DNA from: Candidatus Parcubacteria bacterium
GTDB lineage: Bacteria > Patescibacteriota > Minisyncoccia > UBA6257 > HR35
NCBI GenBank assembly: GCA_026004535.1
Contig: BPJI01000002.1
Coordinates: forward strand, 688 to 64,687
Reading direction: 5' to 3'
Length of the DNA: 64,000 bases
The notes under the pieces were generated by a model. It saw only the letters and a list, made by a program, of their open reading frames with translations, searched no databases and was not told the origin of the DNA. This document shows, piece after piece, positions 21,801-30,795 of this stretch. Positions within the stretch are counted from its first letter, which is position 1; the number at the start of each line of letters is the position of its first letter. Both the position numbers and the translations under genes were made by a program.

Positions 21801-22440
21801 TATAATGATGAGAAATCCTATTTACACAAGTGTGCATGAGTTTAATAATTTTAGTTTAATGTATCCGGCATTTATGTTTTTAACCACAAACTATAATGAT
21901 ATTAAATTTACTTCAATATTTAATATTATATATAATTTAAAAGGTACAACTGTGTCAGGCAATCCTTCCAATGCAGTAATGTTTATTACAAATATGAAAG
22001 AGCGTCAATTTAAATTAGTGATTGCATTTTTAGATAAAGTTGTTAGTGATAATGAAGTAACAATACTGAAGCAAGATTTTTCTAAAATTTTCTTTGATAT
22101 GCAAAATAAATTAGACATAGATAGTGTTAAAGAATATGATGTTTATTCTAAAGACAAAGAAATAGAAAAAGCTTTGGATGTGTATGAAAAAATTGAAAGC
22201 GAAAACAAAGTGCAGGTTGTAGCAAACAATATATTTTATACATTGAATGACAAGTTTATTGATGCAAACCTAAAAAGCAAAACATTTTTGATTGGTGAAG
22301 GTATATTCAGTCAACCTTTAACAGGAATAATAATTAATGCAACAAGTGAGGGCGGAATAGATGAAGAGACACCTGTGTTAAACATTAATATACCAATTAA
22401 AATTGATAACATTACGGATATAATTAATAATATAAATTAA
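15868..22440 (+). CDS. Strawberry-notch family SF2 helicase (large polyvalent protein)
   Basis: EQLYAI, GDTMGFGKTR (Walker A), TTYSQL, YDESHNIAG, MSATF, ASESVSLHAS...DRRPR, QKRGRINRRGQ. Confidence 0.85.
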   Translation: MQEGKLLKYSKNVLLDLSGKVKFAEDTLIPFNLSAELSEQETNLLFDILKELEKHEDINKNKSLYSLLLQYLELKLKPDKIDDIAENLTGEQLYAIALGIRNFESNNHRKGVIIGDTMGFGKTRIAAGYVQYFINRRNAPFFVCSKEVLLSEIINEYIEINKSKFYDANGKFDIKKARKFKLLLFNERKNIDVLYKKGKEYVSETIYSSDINDLKNFVEDVLNDELLRKFILLFNLFNFSGNKNLSKEIKNYNKNLAKYYTDKNKVRDSKKEEGHKYYYFKMLFSVGYILQDDINFVKNKRLFYVNNKEELVDVLDYLSDIIEDFENKYNEAKKRFFEILVNNGFIGIGTTYSQLRTDFSANDLYINVDLSNFYKKDNFKVKFKNKDNKTLKSILFNLTSIFTNVIYDESHNIAGAETIGKTTTNFLYHNFHPYLNLIAFESLLYSLDIKKYELTKPILQEKLKNDEKNRFSTLIEALNTTKFIYVSISKTFTNLLPENDNQNDDNKKEFLWFLNDALKSDYISLSNDFISNKFSAFMSATFVKNNGIIMPILSLFTDIGTFPNKMMYFMSFDTKMFNSENAIYFKQYLPKYLTKRGYYINRQFELVTPQYEPINYIINKNQKENVNDIYKRFINHFKLLKSKKYIMENIYSYFLLKNVIDVYNFKNSTEGYFIDIFRENLVNVNSILTSVNTSDYGNFKKLFIKTIIDISNFCEDISIIEKAFGKKIDDSIVNNDVLYDMLNNDNEFDYKLRCTFIIIQFGAIKYGLNNSEIKIITLIDDSIYQNTSGFNIWKRIDELIGVKEEDNFFTSNGFQIFKKYKEAKDFILETKGNDINNDNNDSISYKINFEYTIDEIFQPYTEKRYENILKFYEDNNTYFNLYAYANTDHLLAVRRLIASNIISMFTKFNFGRFNNSLVKNFITAIKTVDITHKSIEILEGNKNEKLDWIPKNNDGYKLIVSYDHTFDNYSKVILNSYEGKKVKNDVRYLFDAIEKDNNVFKNIAYQINLNFVVDDYEKLLNKYKDIILEKYIEYSKDKQLPNVDRAFQIIDKTYSSLFTTENEFSGFPNDKLFCLKGQYSIYKNLQYLYQEYLINKDIDYNIPFQPYDYINNTLKNYFRQKGIKFNMLDGTGRRYKFEQIQGDSEGYGYIIKTGEILADSDESEDDIDDIDENESILTTKDIESDEEIESSETESEDENVYVAVSKDENYIINLREKIHLFNNDNQYNLIIINRRASESVSLHASEKFKDRRPRVMIIAEAESNSINEIQKRGRINRRGQVAKPYYYYPYTTIPYEKRIIMMLKKKLIHLEGVTKGNRNLSDFSEEELRKLQDLENEDANKILVDILQKKLSDSSLPLFDLHLSDMRDLFALIQDNETGRDERRFNNRIASGKGLITKFMQNYYVFDFETQETILNSLIESYFNIIKDVVEEKPIKANIESRDVFYYSNYNRYYDYNNENLNNTLIEIPEIKYSLTYREKNNKINYANIYIDAIKYLSNVDEDKKIINQYIAFLKYVTKENESVVQDEVLANVLDVDSLYEDLYYYHEKLMQGVNINIKYAFILLKAFNIFASSLNKKTYINLLRGFYYKLYKTHILGLYEKVIEMFSQFNQRQNLISQIDYFSNLQLFKQNVELLLNIPEIDKYQDGDEYFEEQISKIEGKYHLIKDENGEEFKLYVLESNEGESNVPVIMQLDKKIVDLIIYLSDVNRAYLYYKKIVAHIYESMNREGSEISKNISDKLKKDILDIIVNNKHDYYNNNIDIHLRKVKNEIYHNALCNVLVKKMYLQEANKVETKIFKDGISLIQKINTNLYKKLYKAWEKVFNKLDNENNNINDVIRKMYFGKDITQDEYLKLDKKEVAKFEKYQSEVKKSLISYTKYLFDKAVKHYEDNLLKDKDENTNVNFHLYQKIDLKELVDYVIDYMSNSEYVLTNEIVNVVEKEAYIEENYDKFVKLPKNLKDLYIKEIRYGNIEMLIDNIMMRNPIYTSVHEFNNFSLMYPAFMFLTTNYNDIKFTSIFNIIYNLKGTTVSGNPSNAVMFITNMKERQFKLVIAFLDKVVSDNEVTILKQDFSKIFFDMQNKLDIDSVKEYDVYSKDKEIEKALDVYEKIESENKVQVVANNIFYTLNDKFIDANLKSKTFLIGEGIFSQPLTGIIINATSEGGIDEETPVLNINIPIKIDNITDIINNIN

Positions 22441-22459
22441 ACTTTAAAAACTATAAAAA

Positions 22460-25030
22460 ATGGAAAAAAAACACTTTCTGACATGTTTAGTTCCCAAACA
22501 CAGTGAAATAGAACCTGCGAATCATTGTATCTATATTGGAAAAAATAATAATAACGAACCGCAATTTTTGACTTATTCTTACAATAAAGGCATTATATTG
22601 CCGGAGAAAAAGAATGATAAAGTGATGATTGATACCGAAAGAACAGGATTGTATTTTTCAGAAAAAAATGAGATATTTTTCAAGAAAAATTCAAATATAT
22701 TAATAGAGTTTGGTAATCAAATTTATAATAATAAACACTATTTTAGTACAAGGGGAGAAACAATTGAAAATTTTATTAAGAATTATGATAATGATGATAG
22801 CATGTATTTTTGTTTTACATCATTTCAATTCAATTATATACATGAAGAAAAAAAATATGAATATTTTGATATGTTAAAAAAGATTAATAATGAAAATAGA
22901 GATTTTTTTAATTTATCAGGTATAGTTCATAATACTCATATAGAACCTGATTATAGTTATGATACAATAAATCACCTTAAAACTAAGGAAAATGAATATT
23001 TAACAGACAATGAAATAAAAGAAAATAAATTTATAAAAAACACTTTCTTTTCTTTTATTAAATACGAAAAAACGCAAGAATTTTTAAAAACATTGTTGAA
23101 AAAAGATTTTCTTTACAATAATTTGAGAGAACCAAGAGGAATAAAAGATGCTTTATTTGAATTTAATTATAAAAATATTAAAAACTTTTCAAATAATGAA
23201 AAGCAATTATTTAAAACATATTTTTATAATACAAGATATATTTATGTATATGTAAAAATCGTGCATTTCGACAATGAAAAAAATAATAGATTATATAAAG
23301 TAATTTACTTACCGCTTTCAGATGTAATTTTATTTACTTACTATTATTATTGTTATTTTAATTATGAAACGAACCTTATTAATGAAACTAAATATAATTG
23401 GAAAGATTATTTTTTGGAAAGAATTACAAATTTTTATAAAGTCATAATAAGTGATGACGATATTGTAAAACATTTTGATATTAATGTTAATTTGGAAGGT
23501 AAGTTTGATATATTGAAGGAATTAGAGTCGAAATTCATGAATAAAATTTTTGTAGATGCACGTATATTGTTTGATAATTATCATGGAGATAAAAAAATAA
23601 TAATAGATTTTGCAGATAAAATAATAAATTCTTTATACAACAATAAAGTAATGGTTGTTATTGATAAATACCTGGAGAATAAATATGTAAGTATGGTTAA
23701 TTTTGATTTGAAAAAAATAAATATAAACGAAGTTTTAAATTTCATTAAAAATAATTTAGAATACGCAGATGATTATGATGTTATTGATTTATATGTAAAA
23801 AGAGATATAAGAGTAATGGATGTAAGAGATCATATACACTATTTAGTACATGAACCATTTGAAATAAATAATTTAATTATATCTTACAATGAAATTTCAT
23901 ATTTAACAAATAACTTTAAGGACAATGAATTTGTAATAACATTTAACGGATACGTATTAAGTCATAAGAGCAGCAATATTAAATTACTATTACAAAAAAA
24001 CAAAAAACAAGATGATTTAATTGAAGATATTGCAGAAATAAAAGGCGAAGAATTGGAACAATATATTAAGTCGCAGGTATTGACAAAACCGGTAATGTAC
24101 AAAATCAATAAAGCAGAAGGTGTAAAGAAAATAAATGTTAGTAATTTAATTAGTTTAATAAGACACGATGAAAAAAATATTTACGCATTAAAAAACATCA
24201 AAAAAATCTTATATGATGATAATGGCGATATAGAATCTTTTGAAAGTAAATTATTATTGACAGATACAGTTTTTTCAGATTACTTAATTTACTGCAATTA
24301 TGAGAGTGTTACAGAGTTAATTGAAATAATTGCAAACGCACCGTATAAAGATTGGAAAAAGAAATTCTCGGATAAAATAACAAATTATGAAACTTTCTTC
24401 CTTGATAGTGCAAATTACAAAGACATAACTGCGACTATAAATGATTTGGATAAAAATTATTTATCAAGTACATTAAACGTTTACGGAGAGTATTTGAAAA
24501 GTTCAACTGATATAATAAACAATGACTTTATAAATAATTTTGTCAAAGAATTAGAAAAGAAATATCAAAATCAACTTGCAAGGGAACTTTCGTTACATAT
24601 TACATTGCCATATTTTTATGTATTAAGTTTACTAAAAGCAAACAATAAAAAATTATTTACAGTCGATAAAGAAAGTTTGGCGCTGAAAAAGATTATTAAT
24701 CATATTTTTCTAATGTCAGAAGAGTGGATAGTGTCAAAAATGACGCAAAACAATCTTAATGTCAGATTGTTAAATAGCGATACGATAAATAATGTGGCGA
24801 AAATGTATTTGTTTAGGTTGATGATTAATAATAACTATTTTGTCAACATGGACATATTCTCTATGTTTATAAATAGCAACAAATTATTAGAATTGGATAA
24901 GTACAATGATTACATTAAATCACAATTGGCCTCAACAATATCTGAAATGTATAAAGAAAATTTCATTGACATTGAAAAAGAGCAGTTATTATTAAGTAAA
25001 CTAAAAACGTTTGAGCAATTGAAGATATAA
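22460..25030 (+). CDS. Large hypothetical protein (856 aa)
   Basis: Long ORF co-oriented with the helicase. Confidence 0.75.
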   Translation: MEKKHFLTCLVPKHSEIEPANHCIYIGKNNNNEPQFLTYSYNKGIILPEKKNDKVMIDTERTGLYFSEKNEIFFKKNSNILIEFGNQIYNNKHYFSTRGETIENFIKNYDNDDSMYFCFTSFQFNYIHEEKKYEYFDMLKKINNENRDFFNLSGIVHNTHIEPDYSYDTINHLKTKENEYLTDNEIKENKFIKNTFFSFIKYEKTQEFLKTLLKKDFLYNNLREPRGIKDALFEFNYKNIKNFSNNEKQLFKTYFYNTRYIYVYVKIVHFDNEKNNRLYKVIYLPLSDVILFTYYYYCYFNYETNLINETKYNWKDYFLERITNFYKVIISDDDIVKHFDINVNLEGKFDILKELESKFMNKIFVDARILFDNYHGDKKIIIDFADKIINSLYNNKVMVVIDKYLENKYVSMVNFDLKKININEVLNFIKNNLEYADDYDVIDLYVKRDIRVMDVRDHIHYLVHEPFEINNLIISYNEISYLTNNFKDNEFVITFNGYVLSHKSSNIKLLLQKNKKQDDLIEDIAEIKGEELEQYIKSQVLTKPVMYKINKAEGVKKINVSNLISLIRHDEKNIYALKNIKKILYDDNGDIESFESKLLLTDTVFSDYLIYCNYESVTELIEIIANAPYKDWKKKFSDKITNYETFFLDSANYKDITATINDLDKNYLSSTLNVYGEYLKSSTDIINNDFINNFVKELEKKYQNQLARELSLHITLPYFYVLSLLKANNKKLFTVDKESLALKKIINHIFLMSEEWIVSKMTQNNLNVRLLNSDTINNVAKMYLFRLMINNNYFVNMDIFSMFINSNKLLELDKYNDYIKSQLASTISEMYKENFIDIEKEQLLLSKLKTFEQLKI

Positions 25031-25040
25031 ATAATGCAAC

Positions 25041-25271
25041 ATGAACGATGCGAATGATATAAAATTGGAAGAAATGGAAAAATCCCAGTGGGGGAGAATA
25101 TATTCTATATTTATTGTAAGTAATTCTTTAATATTGTTGTTTTTATTAGGGAATAGAAAATTGACAAATTTTGAAAGAATATATCTGATATCTGTTGGAT
25201 TGTTAACTTTTATTACTTGCTACATTGCTTATGAAAATAACAAAAAATACTACAGTTTGGAATTGATATAA
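25041..25271 (+). CDS. Two-TM small protein, paralogue of 25282
   Basis: MND..LEE..KSQWGR + TM + TM. Confidence 0.65.
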   Translation: MNDANDIKLEEMEKSQWGRIYSIFIVSNSLILLFLLGNRKLTNFERIYLISVGLLTFITCYIAYENNKKYYSLELI

Positions 25272-25281
25272 ATTGTGAATA

Positions 25282-25524
25282 ATGAACGATTATGCAGAAA
25301 ATAGAAAGCGTGATTTGGAAGAGTTTAAAATTTCGCAAGGTATAAGGTTGTTTGACCTTTTGGTATTTTCGCCAATTTTAATTTATATCGGCATACGTGG
25401 AAAGGTAAACGATGTTTCAAGAGTGGCTTTATTAGTTCTTGCTTTGGTGAGTATCATTTATAATGCTTATTATTATGAGATAACAAATATAAATAGTGAA
25501 AAAAATAATAATTTAAAAAAATAA
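25282..25524 (+). CDS. Two-TM small protein
   Basis: MND..LEEFKISQGIRLFDLLVFSPILIY...IIYNAY. Confidence 0.65.
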   Translation: MNDYAENRKRDLEEFKISQGIRLFDLLVFSPILIYIGIRGKVNDVSRVALLVLALVSIIYNAYYYEITNINSEKNNNLKK

Positions 25525-25622
25525 TTATTTAAAAAAATGATAAAATAAAAATGGATGAAAAATTATTATTTTGACATGAAACACAAATTTTTACAATAAT
25601 AAATACAATAAAAATATATTTT

Positions 25623-26576
25623 ATGAAAAATATTTATTTAGAATACGCAAAATTAATAACAGAAAATGTAAAAAGCGAAAATATTCACATCAATACATTT
25701 GTTTTAAGTTTTTTAAGCAATTCAAATAGAGACGAATTTGATGATTTTAATGTTTTAGGAGAAAAACCTCCGTCAAATCTTCTGACCGAAAAATTTTTAA
25801 ATACTATTAATTCAAGTAAATATAGAGAAGGTTTATTGCTTCTTTTTATAAAGAGATTTTATTCTGTATCAAAAGAAATATCATTTAATTGGCAAACATT
25901 ATTCCCGGAACAACCAATATTTGATTCTTTGGATACCGTAAACAAAATAGACAAAATATTGAAAGATATAAAATATAAGCTGACATTTAAAGATATTTTG
26001 CACATCTTATCGGAAGGAAAAAAAATGAGTTTTGCAGAATTTGATTATTTGATGACTAATTTAAGAATTTCTGCATTTGCTCACGAATTTGAAGAATATG
26101 GATTACTAAATTTAATTGATAAGCAATTATTGTATAAGCAGACAAAGACATATTATGACAGAATATTGGACAAAAATGTAGTTCAAGAAATTGAAGAAGT
26201 CGTTGAATTGTATGATTTTAGTTTACCTGCAGCATATAATTTCTTTTTTAAAGGCGATGCGGAATCTATTTTTACATTACAAGGTGAAGAAGGGAATGCA
26301 CGTTTTATTAAAGTTTATGATTATGCAACGGATAAAAGTGTTTATATGGAAGTTGACCCACATACAACAAATGCTATTGATGGTTTGGTTTCATTGTATA
26401 GCATACCGGTAGGTTCGGAAGATTATATTGATTATATAGGAAGGCAAGGTGATGTGATATTTATATCATTTAAAGAAACTAAAGAAGCATTAGAGTTTAT
26501 GAAAAAAGCGGTTGATTTACCAAGAAGAAAAATAACTTATGAAGAGTATAAAAAGTGGATAAAATACGAATCATAA
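25623..26576 (+). CDS. Hypothetical protein
   Basis: 317-aa ORF. Confidence 0.7.
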   Translation: MKNIYLEYAKLITENVKSENIHINTFVLSFLSNSNRDEFDDFNVLGEKPPSNLLTEKFLNTINSSKYREGLLLLFIKRFYSVSKEISFNWQTLFPEQPIFDSLDTVNKIDKILKDIKYKLTFKDILHILSEGKKMSFAEFDYLMTNLRISAFAHEFEEYGLLNLIDKQLLYKQTKTYYDRILDKNVVQEIEEVVELYDFSLPAAYNFFFKGDAESIFTLQGEEGNARFIKVYDYATDKSVYMEVDPHTTNAIDGLVSLYSIPVGSEDYIDYIGRQGDVIFISFKETKEALEFMKKAVDLPRRKITYEEYKKWIKYES

Positions 26577-26599
26577 ACTATATTTAAATAAATTAGATT

Positions 26600-27454
26600 A
26601 TGTATCAAGATTATTTATTAAGAAAAAACAGAGACCATATTATTTATGTTGTGGCCGGAAGAAAAGGTATTGGAAAAACATATTTGTCCGAGCAATTGGT
26701 AAAAAGATATGCCCAAATACATAATAAGAAAGTTTTGATATTTGCTGCCGAAGGTAAAGATTGGTCTTTTGCAAATACAATAAGCAAGAATCAAGTAGGT
26801 AGATTTATAGGTGAAGAATATGATTTCCCGGAAATACTTGCTATAAGAGACAATGAATTTGTTGATTTGGAAGAAAAAGAGGAGGTTTTTAAGGAAGTTG
26901 TTTATAGGTTTAGAAATGGATTATTGGTAGCCGAAGACCTTAACAAGTATCTAATTGGCACAGGTTCAAAAAAAATTATTGCATCTATTGTTGCAAATAG
27001 ACAAAAAAATGCAGACATTCTTTTACATTTTCAATCATTGGCAGCAGTAACGCCAAGAATTTTTCAAAATGCCTATATTTTTAGGTTGCATAAGCAAGTA
27101 GATGATATTTCACGATATAGCAGCAGGATACCGGAATATAAATTGTTTTATATTGCAAAAGATATTGTGGATAATGCCTATAAAAGAGGTGATAAAAGAA
27201 GATATGTTTATGTTAATTTGTTTAATTACAAAATTGAAGGTCAATATAAAATTTCAGAATTTGTTGAATCGGCAATAAATTATTTGACACATAAAAAGGG
27301 CATATTATCCGAATATGAATCGAAACTTTCTGCAAGAATTATGAGTTCGGGGAAAAAATTGAAAAAAAGAATAACAAAAAGCGAAATAAAAAATTTGTCA
27401 TTGAAAGAAGCAACAAAAGATTTGTTTATGCATTCAAAATATCACATAAATTAA
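26600..27454 (+). CDS. A32/FtsK-HerA-type genome-packaging ATPase
   Basis: N-terminal Walker A GRKGIGKT, Walker B LLVAED, then RQKNADILLHFQ (Arg...Gln motif) and PRIFQNA; 284 aa. Confidence 0.65.
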   Translation: MYQDYLLRKNRDHIIYVVAGRKGIGKTYLSEQLVKRYAQIHNKKVLIFAAEGKDWSFANTISKNQVGRFIGEEYDFPEILAIRDNEFVDLEEKEEVFKEVVYRFRNGLLVAEDLNKYLIGTGSKKIIASIVANRQKNADILLHFQSLAAVTPRIFQNAYIFRLHKQVDDISRYSSRIPEYKLFYIAKDIVDNAYKRGDKRRYVYVNLFNYKIEGQYKISEFVESAINYLTHKKGILSEYESKLSARIMSSGKKLKKRITKSEIKNLSLKEATKDLFMHSKYHIN

Positions 27455-27465
27455 AGCAAACTATT

Positions 27466-28017
27466 ATGGAAGAGCAAATGGAAGAAAATTTGAAAATCAT
27501 CAATTCAATTAAGATTACAACAGAAATAGACAATATATTAAAAATAAATAATTATTTTTCTGATAATGATATAAGGATGCTGTATAAAAACTATTTTCAA
27601 TCGAGTAAAAAAATTAATTTTACGTCTTTATTGAATTTTAAGTATAGTTTATATTTAATGAATATTATATTTACTTTATGGGACATAGATAAAAAGAAGA
27701 TGGAACATCACAAAATACTTTTCAATAACAGAAAAAAAAGAGACGAATTTAAATACACATGTATTGTAGTTATGTTAAGACGTTTTATAAATATCAATAA
27801 TGTATCAAAGATATTAAATAAGAGCATGGCGTCAATATACAATTATGAAAAGGAATACTATAGTGAATTGTATATCAATCACAATGTTAAGCCAAATAAG
27901 AATATGGAATACATTAGCAAGACGGAAACTTATATTACTTTGTTAGGTAATTACGTTTATGAATTTAATAAAATCAAAGAAGATTATTTTTTTAATAATA
28001 CAAATAATGAAAATTAA
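27466..28017 (+). CDS. Putative HTH DNA-binding protein
   Basis: NINNVSKILNKSMASIYNY helix-turn-helix pattern. Confidence 0.4.
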   Translation: MEEQMEENLKIINSIKITTEIDNILKINNYFSDNDIRMLYKNYFQSSKKINFTSLLNFKYSLYLMNIIFTLWDIDKKKMEHHKILFNNRKKRDEFKYTCIVVMLRRFININNVSKILNKSMASIYNYEKEYYSELYINHNVKPNKNMEYISKTETYITLLGNYVYEFNKIKEDYFFNNTNNEN

Positions 28018-28073
28018 ATTACAAGATGCTGCAAGTAATTTTACATTAAGATAAATAGTAAAAATTAAAGCAT

Positions 28074-28436
28074 ATGAAAAAATCAAAAAATCAAGAAAAA
28101 AGTGGAAACATGTTTCAGAATTTATCCGAAGTGGATATTAAAATCCTTGAAATAATTTCAACGTTAAATGAAGAAGATATTAAGAAGTTTGTTACTATTT
28201 TAAATTTGATGATTAGTTCATTGATGAAGGAGTTGGATTTATACAGTAAATTCAATTTTTCGATTTACACATCAAAGGTTGAGGGGAAAATTACGATTTT
28301 AGTGGCATTAAGAGACAATCTTGAAAGAGAGTTATATTTGAGAAAGGCAAAAAGAGAAGGCAAAAATAAAAAGACGAGAACCATTATGGAAATGATAAAA
28401 TTGTTATTGAGTAAATTAGGTATAAAAATAGATTAG
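28074..28436 (+). CDS. Hypothetical protein
   Basis: 120-aa ORF. Confidence 0.6.
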   Translation: MKKSKNQEKSGNMFQNLSEVDIKILEIISTLNEEDIKKFVTILNLMISSLMKELDLYSKFNFSIYTSKVEGKITILVALRDNLERELYLRKAKREGKNKKTRTIMEMIKLLLSKLGIKID

Positions 28437-28491
28437 TCAATAAAATAAATTTGAATTTAAATTATATATATTTGTGTTAAAATAAGAAACT

Positions 28492-29091
28492 ATGAATATA
28501 TCGGAAAGGATAATATACAGAGACCTTCTTAAAAAAGAAGACATCTATTATGAAGATGGGTTTGTTGAATTTAATGATAAATTAAACGAGTTAAATTATG
28601 ATGATAGGAAGGTTTTGTCATTAGGTGAAATAAGCAGCAGAAATTATGGACAAGATATAAAATGTATTTTCAAAGATATTTTATATGAATATAATAGTTT
28701 ACTTGAAAATCTAAAAAGCGAAGAGGCGTTTTATATTTTTGGGCTTTACTATAATTATGAGTTAGACAAATTTATATTTTTTAATGTGCCGAAAGAAGGA
28801 GTTGTAAATTACGAAATAGATGCTGTGAGAGAAAGAGGTTTGTCTGTATTTGTTAATATTGAATATTACAAAAATAAGATAATAAAATATATTGATAGTC
28901 ATAATGAATTAAGAAATCATTATTTGACCTTTAATGGCGAAATTGACGAAAGTGATAACCGTACCATTTTTTGCGACAATTTATTTGTCATCAAACCTGA
29001 ATTTTATTCTTATGATAATGTTTATAGGGAATTTATTAAAATAAGCGAAGGGATGATAAAAGTTCTTGACGTTAAATATTTATATGAATGA
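28492..29091 (+). CDS. Hypothetical protein
   Basis: 199-aa ORF; TATATTTG at 28467-28474. Confidence 0.65.
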   Translation: MNISERIIYRDLLKKEDIYYEDGFVEFNDKLNELNYDDRKVLSLGEISSRNYGQDIKCIFKDILYEYNSLLENLKSEEAFYIFGLYYNYELDKFIFFNVPKEGVVNYEIDAVRERGLSVFVNIEYYKNKIIKYIDSHNELRNHYLTFNGEIDESDNRTIFCDNLFVIKPEFYSYDNVYREFIKISEGMIKVLDVKYLYE

Positions 29092-29969
29092 TAGTAAATA
29101 AAGGCATAATAGTTCATGATCCGGATTTTGTAGATTATTACTATAATGAAGCGAGTAATTATTACTTGAACACAGAGGGCATAATAGACGTTCATGGAAA
29201 AAATGTGCTTATATTTTATTTACCAAGAATAAATAATACGTTTTTAATACGATTAGTTTGCCCGGAGACAGGCGACATAATAGCGGAAAGAGAAGTTAAT
29301 CCAATGCAGCGAAACAGAGTAATGTTTCATTTGCCAAATTATGAGAAAGCAATCATAATGCAGGGCTATAAAAAGGGAGATAAATACGATAAAAAGAACA
29401 TCTATTATAGTTTACACGAAGTAGATAAGGCGATTCTCTTAAAAGAAGAAGATTGGGAGTTTTACGAATTTGTATTTCCAATTGTCAGGTATTTGAAAGA
29501 TTATGAAATTGGCACTTATCTAAAAAGTGAAAAAGGTACATATAGTATAAAAATATCCGATTATATTTATCAAAACAACAAACCTATACTTGCCAATGCG
29601 GGCGTAAACGTCCACACGGGGGAATTTATCATATCAAAAATAAATATGTTAAATAAATTTACCTGTCATGAGCGTTTTGCAATTATGTGCCATGAGTACG
29701 GTCATTTTTACGGAAATGATAAATTAAATATACATAGGAGCAATGAGATTGGAGCAGATTTATACGGAATGAAACTATTTATGGATTTGAAATTTCATCC
29801 TTACGACTATATTGCTGCGTTTGAGAAGGTGTATAGTATTGTTCCATCTAAAACTAACAAATTAAGATTAGAAACAATATACAAATTTGCATATCAGTAC
29901 TATAAAGATATTAAGAAAAGGGAAGTATATGCTAAAATAAGATACAAGCAATTGCCTGAAAAAAAATAG
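29088..29969 (+). CDS. Zinc metallopeptidase (HExxH zincin, M48/ImmA-like)
   Basis: CHEYGH...NEIGADLYG...RL. Confidence 0.65.
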   Translation: MIVNKGIIVHDPDFVDYYYNEASNYYLNTEGIIDVHGKNVLIFYLPRINNTFLIRLVCPETGDIIAEREVNPMQRNRVMFHLPNYEKAIIMQGYKKGDKYDKKNIYYSLHEVDKAILLKEEDWEFYEFVFPIVRYLKDYEIGTYLKSEKGTYSIKISDYIYQNNKPILANAGVNVHTGEFIISKINMLNKFTCHERFAIMCHEYGHFYGNDKLNIHRSNEIGADLYGMKLFMDLKFHPYDYIAAFEKVYSIVPSKTNKLRLETIYKFAYQYYKDIKKREVYAKIRYKQLPEKK

Positions 29970-29976
29970 TTTATTT

Positions 29977-30789
29977 ATGAGCGTTGATTTAATTACAATA
30001 TTGAATAGAAATGAAGGCAATAAAGAAATAATTGATATTTTACGTGATTTATTTAAAGACAAAGAGGGTGTAAAAAATGATTTTGAAAAATTAAATTTAT
30101 TAAAAAACTACGTATATTTATTATTCGGTTCGCAAGAATATATGCTACTTTTAAAAAATAAGATTATATTAAATGTAGATATAGTAAATGTAAAAAATAT
30201 AACTGATACTGACTTTTTTTATTATTATGACAAGATAATTTCGGATATATTTATAAATGAAGATGGTTTATTTTATGGAAATAATAAGATAAAAAGGGGA
30301 TATTTAAACCTGTTTTTAAAATCAAGCAGTGTGGAAGAATATATTTATACCTTTCATAACTTTTTTTATAGGATTGTAAGCAATACATTAAAATATTTAT
30401 CCAGAAAAGAAGGTTCTATTGGCAATATAATAAGCAATATTGTTCAAATAGGATTTGATGACGAAAATGAGCAGTTGCATATTGAAGATATAATACAAAA
30501 GAAAGAGTATGAGAGTGATTTGGATAATATGTTTAAGAATATAGACAAAAATTTTAATAATAGATGCGATAATGATATTGAGAAAGCGATGGAAATGACA
30601 TTTAAATCAGTTGATATTCTAAAAAAAGATGAAGTACAAATAGAAAATTTAAATAATTTTGTTGTAAGAAATCTTTCTACTTATATTAATCTTATGATGT
30701 TGTATTTTAAAGAAAATTACAAAGAAAGCATGATATTTAACGATGAGACGTATTTAAAACTAATCAATATCACTGAAATATCAAATTAA
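29977..30789 (+). CDS. Hypothetical protein
   Basis: 270-aa ORF. Confidence 0.65.
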   Translation: MSVDLITILNRNEGNKEIIDILRDLFKDKEGVKNDFEKLNLLKNYVYLLFGSQEYMLLLKNKIILNVDIVNVKNITDTDFFYYYDKIISDIFINEDGLFYGNNKIKRGYLNLFLKSSSVEEYIYTFHNFFYRIVSNTLKYLSRKEGSIGNIISNIVQIGFDDENEQLHIEDIIQKKEYESDLDNMFKNIDKNFNNRCDNDIEKAMEMTFKSVDILKKDEVQIENLNNFVVRNLSTYINLMMLYFKENYKESMIFNDETYLKLINITEISN

Positions 30790-30795
30790 AACAAT

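Noticed and set aside
15868-22440. Intein or RNA polymerase in the 2190-aa protein
   Set aside because: No intein splice-junction motifs or DxDGD polymerase motif found; SBNO helicase motifs explain the core
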